Of a stretch of 32,000 nt of DNA, positions 1 to 7,929 are shown one piece after another. The first letter of the stretch is position 1. Each line of letters opens with the position of its first letter. Below the pieces are notes generated by a model. It searched no databases. It saw nothing but the letters and a program-made list of their open reading frames with translations, and was not told the origin of the DNA. Made by a program: the position numbers and the translations under genes. This stretch comes from Erysipelotrichaceae bacterium (GTDB taxonomy: Bacteria; Bacillota_I; Bacilli_A; Erysipelotrichales; Coprobacillaceae): contig JAQVDW010000013.1 in assembly GCA_028698185.1 (NCBI GenBank), positions 1-32,000 on the forward strand, in the 5' to 3' direction.

Positions 1-51
1 CTTGATTCTAAATTCATCAGTGTAAGCTCGTTTAGGTCTGCGTTGTGTCAT
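1..51 (-). CDS. IS3-family-like transposase OrfA (HTH) N-terminal fragment, continues beyond the left edge
   Basis: Minus-strand ATG at 51..49 lies 9 nt downstream of GGAGG (rc of cctcc 61-65). It translates MTQRRPKRAYTDEFRIK. A basic N-terminus followed by (Y/F)TxEF(K/R) is typical of IS3-type OrfA. Only 17 codons are visible. Confidence 0.3.
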   Translation of the reverse strand, partial: MTQRRPKRAYTDEFRIK

Positions 52-120
52 TTCTCGATTCCTCCATTAATTTAACAAGATTTTACCATGTCCTTATTAT
101 CTTGTCTAATTAATTATAAC

Positions 121-342
121 CTATCCATTGATGTTCTCAAAATCTCCGCCCCGGACTATCTTGCCGCCCGCCTCGAGACTCAACTCGAGCAAATTATTTT
201 CCCCGAGGATCTCGTTGATGGCATTGATGTCATTGCGGATGGTCCGTTGGGACACCTCGTACTTTTCAGCTAAACTAGCTATTGTCATTCCCGCTTCTCC
301 ATCCAACAAATCCTTTATTATTTCCAATACTCTTTTATTCAT
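121..342 (-). pseudogene. Truncated HTH regulator: the N-terminal HTH typical of PRD/BglG-family (MtlR/LicR-like) regulators, 73 codons only
   Basis: The ORF contains MTIASLAEKYEVSQRTIRNDINAINEIL (HTH followed by the RTIRNDI signature). Family members normally continue into PRD/EII domains for several hundred aa. Here TAG at 121-123 ends it about 70 nt from the IS-like ORF start. Confidence 0.45.
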
Positions 343-564
343 TTCAATACCTCGCTAATATCCTTGAAAAAATGTAAGTGGTTGTAAAAGTGCATATTAT
401 AGGTATATCACAAAATATCATTTATAAAAGTATAATCTACTTCTTGGATTTTGCAAAAAATTGTACTTGCATGTACAGACAATAATCAAAACCCGCTATC
501 CACCTTCATTATACCTGAATATTCCCAGTTATAAAACCGATTACACTTTCAAATGTCCTGAACC

Positions 565-588
565 AAAAAACCGGGATCATGTTCCCGG
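565..588 (-). terminator. Rho-independent terminator downstream of the AAA-ATPase gene
   Basis: Stem ccggga/tcccgg (571-576/583-588) with a 6-nt loop. On the minus strand it is followed by TTTTTT (plus-strand A6 at 565-570). Confidence 0.6.
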
Positions 589-681
589 CTAAAAAATATC
601 TAAAAATCCATGTTATTGTGGATTCTATGGTGCGATTGAATATCCCAGTGTTTCCCTATCATTGTCTTTATAAACTTAAAT

Positions 682-3288
682 TCAAATCATCCGGCTTTCG
701 TGGCAGATGAAGTAGAACACCTGATATTCATCACTGATTGCCTCGATCAGCCCTTTTGCTCCGTTGAGCCTAGTTTCATCAAGATTCACAAACGGATCGT
801 CAAGAATCAGCAAGGGTCTAGGTCCGGCCTGGTAGACAGCTTCGACGAGCGCCAGCCGCAGGCAGATCTGCACCAGATCCTGCATCCCTTTGGACAGCTG
901 CTGGAATGAATGAGCCTGGCCTTCGTGAAAATAGTTGACATCAAGGTTGATATCGACCTGGTACAGTTCCGGATTGGCCCCCTCAAGGAGTTTGAGATAC
1001 TTCTTGAAGGCCTGGTTCATACCTGACGTGTACTTGGCCGCCATATTCTCCTTGGCCTTTTCAAGACATTGGAATGTGATTGTCAACAGCTCATGGGTGG
1101 TGACCGCCTCGCTTCTTTCCTCTTCCAATTTAGCTAGTTGCGACTGCCAGTCCTCCAGGCTGTCACTGACCGGTTCAAGGTCGGTTATCTGTTTTTCAAG
1201 CAGCGCGATTGCCTTCGATTTGTCTTCCCGCTGGGCTGCCAAGTCCGTTTTGGCGGCTGCTATTTCTTCATTTGAATCCTCGATGCCCCCTTCGATATCT
1301 TGGAGCGTTTCAAGTGCCATAACATCATTGGCCCCTTCAAACTCATGGAGTCTTTGCTTGGCAGTGTCATATGCGTTCTGGCTGGCCTTGAATTCATAGA
1401 ACATGTCCCGGAGCTGGCGATACTGAGTCTCGAAATCGTAACCTTCCGGTATTGTCGGGTCAGGTTCATAATACTTGCCGAAGATTCCTGCCAGCCGTTC
1501 TTCAGCCTGGAAAGCCTCTTTCCGGGCATCTTCATAGCTTGCAGCCCGGGCTTGCAGGGCTTCATACCGTCCAACCATTCTGCCCAGATCGGCCATTGCC
1601 TGGATGGGATCACCAAGGCCGGCGATATTGTACAATCCTAAGAATCCAGCCAGGTCTCCTTTTAGGATTTCAATGTTCCGGTTGATATCCGTTGTATCCC
1701 GTTCACTTTGAGCCGCTTCACTTTCAAGCTGTCCGTATTCGGCTGCTTCCATCTTCAACCGGGTCAAAACATTCAGCGCATTGGCTTCATCCTCTCCAAT
1801 CGCTTCAAGATATCCTAGATACGAGGCGGCGAGCCTTTGCTTTTGGCTGCGCAGACTTGCCAGTTCGTCATCAACCAAACTGCCTGATGCCATATTTTTC
1901 CTGTTGCCTGAAACAAACCAGAAAATTCCCAGAACAATCCCGACAGCCAGAAAAATTCCGCCTACAAGCGGCTGGATAGCCATCATGATTGCTCCAAAAA
2001 GGACAGCCAAAGCCCCCAGGATAAGCAGTATCGGCCTTTTTTCCGGCCCTCCATTTTGTGATCGGGCCTGGTTCATTCCATTTTGCAACGATGCTATCTT
2101 GCTGTCGACAGCCATAACGGCACCATAGGCATCGAGATAGGAAGCTGCCTCATCCCTGTCGAGATTTTTGAATCTTGCCGCCAGTTCCTGGCGTCGGGCT
2201 TCCTTGGCCGGGCTTAGGGTGCCGGTCTTTTTCAAGGCCTGCAGGCGGTATAGTTCCTGGGCCTTTCCCTGATATGATGTAATATCGGTTTTTTCAGGGA
2301 TTCCTCGATTAAAATGATTGCTTAGCGATTCAAATTCATCTTGCAGCGCCGGGGTAAACCGGTATTCACTTTGGAGATCCTTGCCTCGGAGCCACTGTTT
2401 GAGCATATCCGATATGGCGTTTAGATCCTTATCGATCTGGTCTGGATCGCCATTGACTCCATGGAAAAATTCCCGGTGGCTTTCATACAGTGTTTTGCTG
2501 GCGTTATGGTCATTTTGCAAGCTGACATATTGGCGTTTTTTCTGGGCATCAAAAAGTCTTTTCTGCCTTTTCTCCAGTTCTTGGAGCTGGAAGTCCAAAC
2601 CGTCAAGGTCCTTTTTGGCTGCAAATACCTGGCTGCTAAGTCTTTCAATGTCCCCGTTGGCCTGGTTGGCTTGCCCGATGTGCACTCTGGCTTCATTGAT
2701 TCTGGAATCGATATCGCTGATGATTCCCTTGTTGCCCCTTTTGGACTGAAAACGGCCTATTTCCTTTTCTAACAGTGCCAGAGCCACACTCGACTCATCG
2801 AGATCCCCGTTGTCGGTTTCAATCTGGCTCAGTCGGCTGGCGATCAGGTCACTGAGCAGTTCGTTTTTTGCCAGGTTGATAAAGGCGGTCTTCTCGTACG
2901 AATCCCGGTCGACACCCCAAAGTTCCAGCCCGAGCGATTCACCAAAATCAGCCGATTTCATATTGGTGGCAAGGTCATACAACTCGAAGCTGTCCTCGCT
3001 AACTTTTTGGCCAAAGAAGCGGATCGCCCGGTATGTTTTGCCATTGTGGTCGAAATCGAGGCTGCCACCAAACTTCCCCCCGTTCCAGGGCCGGTAAAGT
3101 CGCCGTTCGACTCCTTTGTCCTTGGCCCGGCTGTACTCGAGACCGTAGAACATCGCCTTGATGAATGATGCCATGGTCGTCTTGCCCCAGCCGTTTTGTT
3201 CCATAAAGACGGTAAGGTTGCCCTTGAACTCATAGGAATACTTGTGGAAGCGGCCATAGTTTTCGATATCCAATCTGACTATCTTCAT
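682..3288 (-). CDS. SbcC/Rad50-like AAA ATPase of YhaN type, with a central two-helix membrane hairpin
   Basis: 868 aa. N-terminal Walker A is GWGKTT (about nt 3175-3192). Long charged coiled-coil-like arms. C-terminal signature-like QLSKGMQDL and Walker B LLILDDPF. Hydrophobic segment RPILLILGALAVLFGAIMMAIQPLVGGIFLAVGIVLGIFWFV at aa 418-460. ATGA overlap with the upstream nuclease gene. Confidence 0.85.
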   Translation of the reverse strand: MKIVRLDIENYGRFHKYSYEFKGNLTVFMEQNGWGKTTMASFIKAMFYGLEYSRAKDKGVERRLYRPWNGGKFGGSLDFDHNGKTYRAIRFFGQKVSEDSFELYDLATNMKSADFGESLGLELWGVDRDSYEKTAFINLAKNELLSDLIASRLSQIETDNGDLDESSVALALLEKEIGRFQSKRGNKGIISDIDSRINEARVHIGQANQANGDIERLSSQVFAAKKDLDGLDFQLQELEKRQKRLFDAQKKRQYVSLQNDHNASKTLYESHREFFHGVNGDPDQIDKDLNAISDMLKQWLRGKDLQSEYRFTPALQDEFESLSNHFNRGIPEKTDITSYQGKAQELYRLQALKKTGTLSPAKEARRQELAARFKNLDRDEAASYLDAYGAVMAVDSKIASLQNGMNQARSQNGGPEKRPILLILGALAVLFGAIMMAIQPLVGGIFLAVGIVLGIFWFVSGNRKNMASGSLVDDELASLRSQKQRLAASYLGYLEAIGEDEANALNVLTRLKMEAAEYGQLESEAAQSERDTTDINRNIEILKGDLAGFLGLYNIAGLGDPIQAMADLGRMVGRYEALQARAASYEDARKEAFQAEERLAGIFGKYYEPDPTIPEGYDFETQYRQLRDMFYEFKASQNAYDTAKQRLHEFEGANDVMALETLQDIEGGIEDSNEEIAAAKTDLAAQREDKSKAIALLEKQITDLEPVSDSLEDWQSQLAKLEEERSEAVTTHELLTITFQCLEKAKENMAAKYTSGMNQAFKKYLKLLEGANPELYQVDINLDVNYFHEGQAHSFQQLSKGMQDLVQICLRLALVEAVYQAGPRPLLILDDPFVNLDETRLNGAKGLIEAISDEYQVFYFICHESRMI

Positions 3289-4370
3289 GAGATGACCTCC
3301 TTATGCAACAGGGCGTTCAAACCCATCTTGATGATTTTGTTCTTGCTTGGCTCGTCTAGGTCGAGTGCCTCGACAGTCCGGATGAATTCCCCCTTCAAGG
3401 AGATGTCATTGGCAAATTTCCGGTAATCGACGTCCAGCCGGATCCGGTTTATCAGTTCCACAAAGTAGAAACGGTCCTTCAATTGGTGCGAGAGATAATC
3501 GAGATCGAGGTCGAAGTTCTCGTCAACCCGGCCCTCCAGGATGATTCTTACACAATCGTCCTTTTCGCCTTTTTCAATCGCCTGTTCGACAAGGTCCAGG
3601 GCCTGGGCGGTTGACAAACACCCATCAAGAGCCACCGGGATGATATGGAACTCCCGCCTGGCCAAAGAGACGAATTGATAATCGAGCTGTTTGTCTGCGA
3701 TGTCCAGCACGACAAAGCCCTTCTTGCCGGTCTCGTCGAAGCCCCGCCCCTCCAGGGCCCCGCAGTAACAATAGACGCCCCGGCCATCAAGCGACTCGCA
3801 GTGATAATCATGGAGATGACCCAGGGCGAGATAATCGATGCCTCTATCCTTGAGCAAGGGAATGTTGACCATCCCGGATTCCAGGCTGTTCCTGTTCGAT
3901 GTCACCTGGCCATGGAGCATGACAATGTTGAACATGTCATGGTCTAGGCTCAGTAGATCATAGATACCAGGGGTTGTTTCTTTGCCAAATTCGACCCCGC
4001 TGACAACCACATCGCCGTATCTGTAGCTGGTCCAATGACCATCAAACAGCTTGAGATTTGCCGGCAGTGCCGCCAACGATTTGAAATAGGTGTCGCTGTC
4101 ATGGTTGCCCTGGAGATAGAGAAAGTCGATATCCTCATGGCTCGTGATTATTTCGAGCACCCTATCCTTGATCCGTCTTTGCGACGAAGCGACTGTATCA
4201 AACATATCGCCGGCAATCAGTACCAGACTGACACCATTGGCCCGGCCATATTCGACCATCCTTTCAAAGGTGCCGAGTATTTCATAGCGGCGTTCCCTGG
4301 CCTGTTCAACATTGAAATGGGTCTCCATCTTCGCATCGAGATGCAGATCCCCGCAATGGATTATTTTCAT
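3285..4370 (-). CDS. SbcD/Mre11-like metallophosphoesterase (DNA repair exonuclease, YhaO type)
   Basis: 361 aa. Calcineurin-like phosphoesterase motifs: MKIIHCGDLHLD, IAGDMFD, LQGNHD, GHLH. The stop overlaps the ATG of the ATPase gene (tcat at 3285-3288), implying translational coupling. Confidence 0.85.
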   Translation of the reverse strand: MKIIHCGDLHLDAKMETHFNVEQARERRYEILGTFERMVEYGRANGVSLVLIAGDMFDTVASSQRRIKDRVLEIITSHEDIDFLYLQGNHDSDTYFKSLAALPANLKLFDGHWTSYRYGDVVVSGVEFGKETTPGIYDLLSLDHDMFNIVMLHGQVTSNRNSLESGMVNIPLLKDRGIDYLALGHLHDYHCESLDGRGVYCYCGALEGRGFDETGKKGFVVLDIADKQLDYQFVSLARREFHIIPVALDGCLSTAQALDLVEQAIEKGEKDDCVRIILEGRVDENFDLDLDYLSHQLKDRFYFVELINRIRLDVDYRKFANDISLKGEFIRTVEALDLDEPSKNKIIKMGLNALLHKEVIS

Positions 4371-4489
4371 AAAAGGTCCCCTCCTTTGTCCGGTTCACTA
4401 ATTGATTCATGGAAGTCAACCGACTTAGTAAATTATAACACCAAAGCTCATCAAAGATAACCAAATATTGCCGGCTTGGTCATTGTTTG

Positions 4490-4519
4490 TTGTCAGGGCG
4501 GCCGGTTTGGGCGTATAAT
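4490..4519 (+). promoter_or_regulatory. Sigma-A-type promoter for the thioesterase gene
   Basis: TTGTCA (4490-4495), 18-nt spacer, TATAAT (4514-4519). This places the TSS downstream of the TTG at 4487 and so supports the ATG at 4547 as the start. Confidence 0.5.
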
Positions 4520-4546
4520 GACAGTAGAAAAAACAAGGAGTATCCC

Positions 4547-4987
4547 ATGAAAACAAAATTATCGCAGGCTTTGAAGGAGCCCTACCTTCACAACGTCAAA
4601 TATTACGAGACCGACAAGATGGGCATCACCCATCATTCCAACTACTTTAGATGGATGGAGGAAGCCCGGATCGATTTTTTAGAAAGGATCGGTTATGGCT
4701 ATGACATGCTTGAGGCCAGCGGAGTCATCTCGCCGGTCGTATCGATTTGTGCCAAGTACCTCGCCCCTTCGACCTTCAACGACGACATCATCATCAAGGT
4801 GCGCCTCAAAGAATACAGCGGGGTCAAATTCACTTTCGAGTACGAGATGATCAACGCCAAGGAACGGACTCTCTGCGCCACCGGGGAATCCCATCATTGC
4901 TTCACCGACCAAAACAAGAAACCGATCCGGATCAAGAAGAACTATCCGGAGATGGACATGATATTCAGGGAACTGCTTTTGCTGTAA
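4547..4987 (+). CDS. Acyl-CoA thioesterase, 4HBT/YbgC-FadM family (hotdog fold)
   Basis: YYETDKMGITHHSNYFRWMEEARIDFLERIG matches the hotdog-thioesterase N-terminal pattern (Y-x-D-x-D/M-G-x-V/T-x-H-x-x-Y). AAGGAG lies 7 nt upstream of ATG 4547. The ORF-track start at 4487 is a TTG upstream of the predicted promoter -10. Confidence 0.8.
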   Translation: MKTKLSQALKEPYLHNVKYYETDKMGITHHSNYFRWMEEARIDFLERIGYGYDMLEASGVISPVVSICAKYLAPSTFNDDIIIKVRLKEYSGVKFTFEYEMINAKERTLCATGESHHCFTDQNKKPIRIKKNYPEMDMIFRELLLL

Positions 4988-5000
4988 TGACCCCTTTCTC

Positions 5001-5025
5001 GCGGCTGTCAAGGCCGTTTTTTTTT
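5001..5025 (+). terminator. Weak intrinsic terminator after the thioesterase gene
   Basis: Short stem gcggc/gccgt around loop tgtcaag, followed by T9 (5017-5025). Confidence 0.4.
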
Positions 5026-5195
5026 GCCAACTCCCGACCTCCCCGGTCTAATACCCGATATGTCCATTTGTAAATGGTTACAATATGGTAATATTGAAAA
5101 CAATTTGGCAATATCACTATTTTGTGGTATCTTTTAAGCTAGTGTTGCAAATCCGATTGGAAAATTGGATGCAACAACACATTAGGAGGTATTAA

Positions 5196-6668
5196 ATGGA
5201 TTTAATCAAATCGAAACTCGACCGGTCATTCAAGGACAATTTCCTGTCGGGTATCACCGTCGCCCTGGCCCTGGTGCCTGAAGCGATCGCTTTTTCTTTC
5301 ATTGCCGGGATTGACCCGGTGCTGGGTCTGACTTCGGCCTTTATCATCGCCCTGGTCAGCGCCCTTGCCGGAGGTCGGCCGGGGATGATCTCCGGGGCGA
5401 CTGGAGCCATTGCCGTGGTCGTTGCCGGCTTGGTTTCAAGTCACGGCGTCGGCTACATGATCCTGGCAGTCATCCTGATGGGGGTCATCCAGGTTCTTTG
5501 CGGGCTGTTGAAGCTTGGCAAGCTGGTGCGGATGATTCCCCACCCGGTGATGATCGGATTTGTCAACGGGCTGGCAATCGTCATCTTTTTAGCCCAGCTC
5601 GAGCACTTCAAGGAAGGCGGAGTGTGGCTTGGCCTAACGCCGCTGGCAATCATGGGAGCTTTGATCGTGTTCACCATGGCCATAATCAAGCTGTTCCCCA
5701 AACTGACCAAAAGCATCCCGGCAACATTGGTCGCGATTGGTGCCAGCACGATTCTCGTCCAGGTTTTCAATATCGACACCCGAACTGTCGGTGATCTCGC
5801 AGATATTTCCGGGAGCCTGCCCCAGCTGGCATCATTCATTGTCCCGTTGAATCTGGAGACCCTGAAAGTCATCCTGCCATACTCGGCGATGATGGCGATT
5901 GTGGGACTGGCGGAATCGCTGATGACCCTGACTTTGATCGATGACATCACCAACACCAAAGGCGATGCCAATCGCGAATGCGTCGGCCAAGGCCTGGCAA
6001 ACATCGTCTGCGGTATGTTCGGAGGCATGGGTGGCTGCGCCATGATCGGGCAGAGCATGCTCAACATCAAATCCAACGGGACCGGACGCCTGTCAGGTGT
6101 GGTTGCGGCCCTGGGACTTATTTCAATCGTTCTTTTTGGAGCACCCCTGATCGCCCTTATTCCCATTGGCGCGCTGGTAGGCATCATGTTTGTCGTGGTT
6201 ATCGCTACCTTCGACTGGTCGACCCTGACCAAGCTAAGCCGGATTCAAAGATCCGACGCCCTGGTCATCATCGTAGTTACAACAGTCACGATATTGACCA
6301 ACCTGGCGATTGCCGTCGTTTCCGGAATTGTCCTGAGCGCCCTGGTTTTCGCCTGGGAAAAAGGGAAGAAGATCGAATCATCGACCCATGACCAGAGCGA
6401 CAATCTCAAGGTATACGAACTGCGTGGCCCATTGTTTTTCGCTTCGATCAAGAGCTTCAACGAACTGTTCGATCCGCTAAACGATCCGGATAAGATCGTT
6501 ATCGACTTCGCCTCAAGCAAGGTTTACGACCATTCGGCAGTCGCCGCTTTGGAACAGCTGCTCCATAAATACAGCAGCCTCGACAAGACGGTGATTCTCA
6601 AAAACCTGAGTGGCGATTGTGTCACAATGCTCGAAAAAGCCAAGTTCGACCTGGACATGGCCGGATAA
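5196..6668 (+). CDS. SulP-family inorganic anion (sulfate/bicarbonate-type) permease with C-terminal STAS domain
   Basis: 490 aa and polytopic. The N-terminus FLSGITVALALVPEAIAFSFIAG is the SulP signature region. The soluble C-terminal tail (YELRGPLFFASIKSF...) is STAS-like. AGGAGG lies 7 nt upstream. Confidence 0.85.
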   Translation: MDLIKSKLDRSFKDNFLSGITVALALVPEAIAFSFIAGIDPVLGLTSAFIIALVSALAGGRPGMISGATGAIAVVVAGLVSSHGVGYMILAVILMGVIQVLCGLLKLGKLVRMIPHPVMIGFVNGLAIVIFLAQLEHFKEGGVWLGLTPLAIMGALIVFTMAIIKLFPKLTKSIPATLVAIGASTILVQVFNIDTRTVGDLADISGSLPQLASFIVPLNLETLKVILPYSAMMAIVGLAESLMTLTLIDDITNTKGDANRECVGQGLANIVCGMFGGMGGCAMIGQSMLNIKSNGTGRLSGVVAALGLISIVLFGAPLIALIPIGALVGIMFVVVIATFDWSTLTKLSRIQRSDALVIIVVTTVTILTNLAIAVVSGIVLSALVFAWEKGKKIESSTHDQSDNLKVYELRGPLFFASIKSFNELFDPLNDPDKIVIDFASSKVYDHSAVAALEQLLHKYSSLDKTVILKNLSGDCVTMLEKAKFDLDMAG

Positions 6669-6693
6669 TAATATTGCAATCATTAAACTCAAA

Positions 6694-6737
6694 AGACTTG
6701 ACCACCTGCTCTTAAGCCCGTTGTTCAAGTCTTTTTT
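6694..6737. terminator. Possible bidirectional terminator between the convergent SulP and NYN genes
   Basis: 8-bp stem agacttga/tcaagtct (6694-6701/6725-6732), flanked by an A-run on the left and T6 on the right. The loop is long (23 nt), which lowers confidence. Confidence 0.45.
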
Positions 6738-6742
6738 CAATC

Positions 6743-7711
6743 CTATATTGCGATTTTACGTTTTTTGTTCTTGGTTTTCAGGCGCACCTTGTTGCCTTCG
6801 ACCACGATTCCATCGAGGGAGCGCAGGAAACTCGAGAAGCGGCTGTAGCCATAATCCCTGATGTTGAAGCTCTTGTATTTTTCCTTGAGAAACTCATGGA
6901 TTTTCGACAGGTTCTCGACACTGCCGCCGGCTGCCTTGATAAATTCGGTGATGACCACTGTCACTGTCTCCACATCGACATCGCTGCGCAGTGACACGAA
7001 ATAGTTGAGATCCTGCTTGGTGATATGGATTGTGGCAAATTCCTTGTAGCACAGGGTCGATAGTTTCGTGTAGCCGTAGTTGCGGACATCGAAATCCGAG
7101 AAGAGCTTGTTGAGTCTTGAACCGACCTCTCCGAGCGAGACGGCCCCGGTTTCGGGAATCATGTTGATGATTGCATCTTCTAGCTGGCTAAGGGGCGTGA
7201 CATTGGACTCGGCCGCCTTGGTCTCCTTCTTGCTTTTGGAAGTCGTCACAGCCACAATCTCTTCATCTTCCTGGTTGTCATCGGAGACGATCAGATCTAG
7301 GAAGACGAACTTGTTGCAGGACTTGGTCAGCGCCACCGGGGTTTTGGAATCTCCCATCCCGATTACATACTTCTGCGACTCGCGCAGGCGCATCGCCAGT
7401 TTGGTGAAGTCGCTGTCGCTGGAAATGATGCAGAAGATGTCGGCCTGATTGAGGTAGAGCACATCCATGGCATCGATGGTCATCGCCATGTCCGTCGCGT
7501 TCTTGCCCTTGGTGTAGTCGAACTGCTGGATCGGCTGGATTGAGTATTCCAAAAGCAGCTCCTCGTTCCAACCCTGCTTTTTCTTCCAGTTGCCATAGAT
7601 GCGGCGGATTGAAACCGTCCCGTATGAATTCAGCTCGTCAAATACGCTTTTGACATATTTGGGACTGATATTGTCGGCATCGATAAGCAACGCGATATTC
7701 TTGTCTTCCAT
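6743..7711 (-). CDS. NYN (LabA/DUF88-type PIN-like nuclease) domain protein with two C-terminal OST-HTH/LOTUS domains
   Basis: 322 aa. N-terminus IALLIDADNISPKYV...IRRIYGNW...ATDMAMTIDAMD...FCIISSDSDF is the NYN acidic-residue pattern. There are two C-terminal repeats of the OST-HTH type (VRNYGYTKLSTLCYKEF and IRDYGYSRFSSFLRSL). Confidence 0.8.
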   Translation of the reverse strand: MEDKNIALLIDADNISPKYVKSVFDELNSYGTVSIRRIYGNWKKKQGWNEELLLEYSIQPIQQFDYTKGKNATDMAMTIDAMDVLYLNQADIFCIISSDSDFTKLAMRLRESQKYVIGMGDSKTPVALTKSCNKFVFLDLIVSDDNQEDEEIVAVTTSKSKKETKAAESNVTPLSQLEDAIINMIPETGAVSLGEVGSRLNKLFSDFDVRNYGYTKLSTLCYKEFATIHITKQDLNYFVSLRSDVDVETVTVVITEFIKAAGGSVENLSKIHEFLKEKYKSFNIRDYGYSRFSSFLRSLDGIVVEGNKVRLKTKNKKRKIAI

Positions 7712-7870
7712 TTCATATTCCCCTTACTTTTTTATCATTCAAAATCCCAGATCAGGCGACCAGTCATTCCATCGGATGGAATCAGGCCGAAAAGACTCAG
7801 GTTTTCTTGTCTTAATTGTACCATTTTTGAAGCAGCTAAACAATTTCAAACTGATTTGTTTAGCTTAAAG

Positions 7871-7893
7871 TAAAAAAGGATGGCCGGCATCCT
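7871..7893 (-). terminator. Intrinsic terminator after the YczE-like gene
   Basis: Stem aggatg/catcct around loop gccgg (7877-7893). On the minus strand it is followed by TTTTT (plus-strand A-run 7872-7876). Confidence 0.6.
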
Positions 7894-7929
7894 CTTTTAT
7901 GGTTGGTTGTTACTGGTTATAGCAGTTCC

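Noticed and set aside
4371-4546. SOS (LexA/Cheo) box upstream of the SbcD-like gene.
   Set aside because: No CGAAC-N4-GTTCG-like palindrome is present. Only a TATAAT (4437..4432, minus strand) with a poor -35 was seen.
4487-4546. N-terminal extensions offered by the ORF track for the thioesterase. The same issue arises for panE-like (9839-9883), LCP1 (12513-12542), GT2 (25525-25629), ketoisomerase (24466-24549) and CE4-ChW (29640-29648).
   Set aside because: Internal starts have canonical RBSs at the correct spacing and match the usual family N-termini or the paralogue alignment. The upstream starts lack an RBS, and in two cases they lie upstream of the predicted promoter -10.
5453-6232. 259-aa minus-strand ORF inside the SulP gene. 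Similar long antisense ORFs occur at 935-1399, 19520-20269, 21126-21740 and 23267-23977.
   Set aside because: Each lies fully inside a well-supported gene on the opposite strand. They have no RBS, and their Arg/Ser/Pro/Gly-rich low-complexity products are typical of shadow ORFs.
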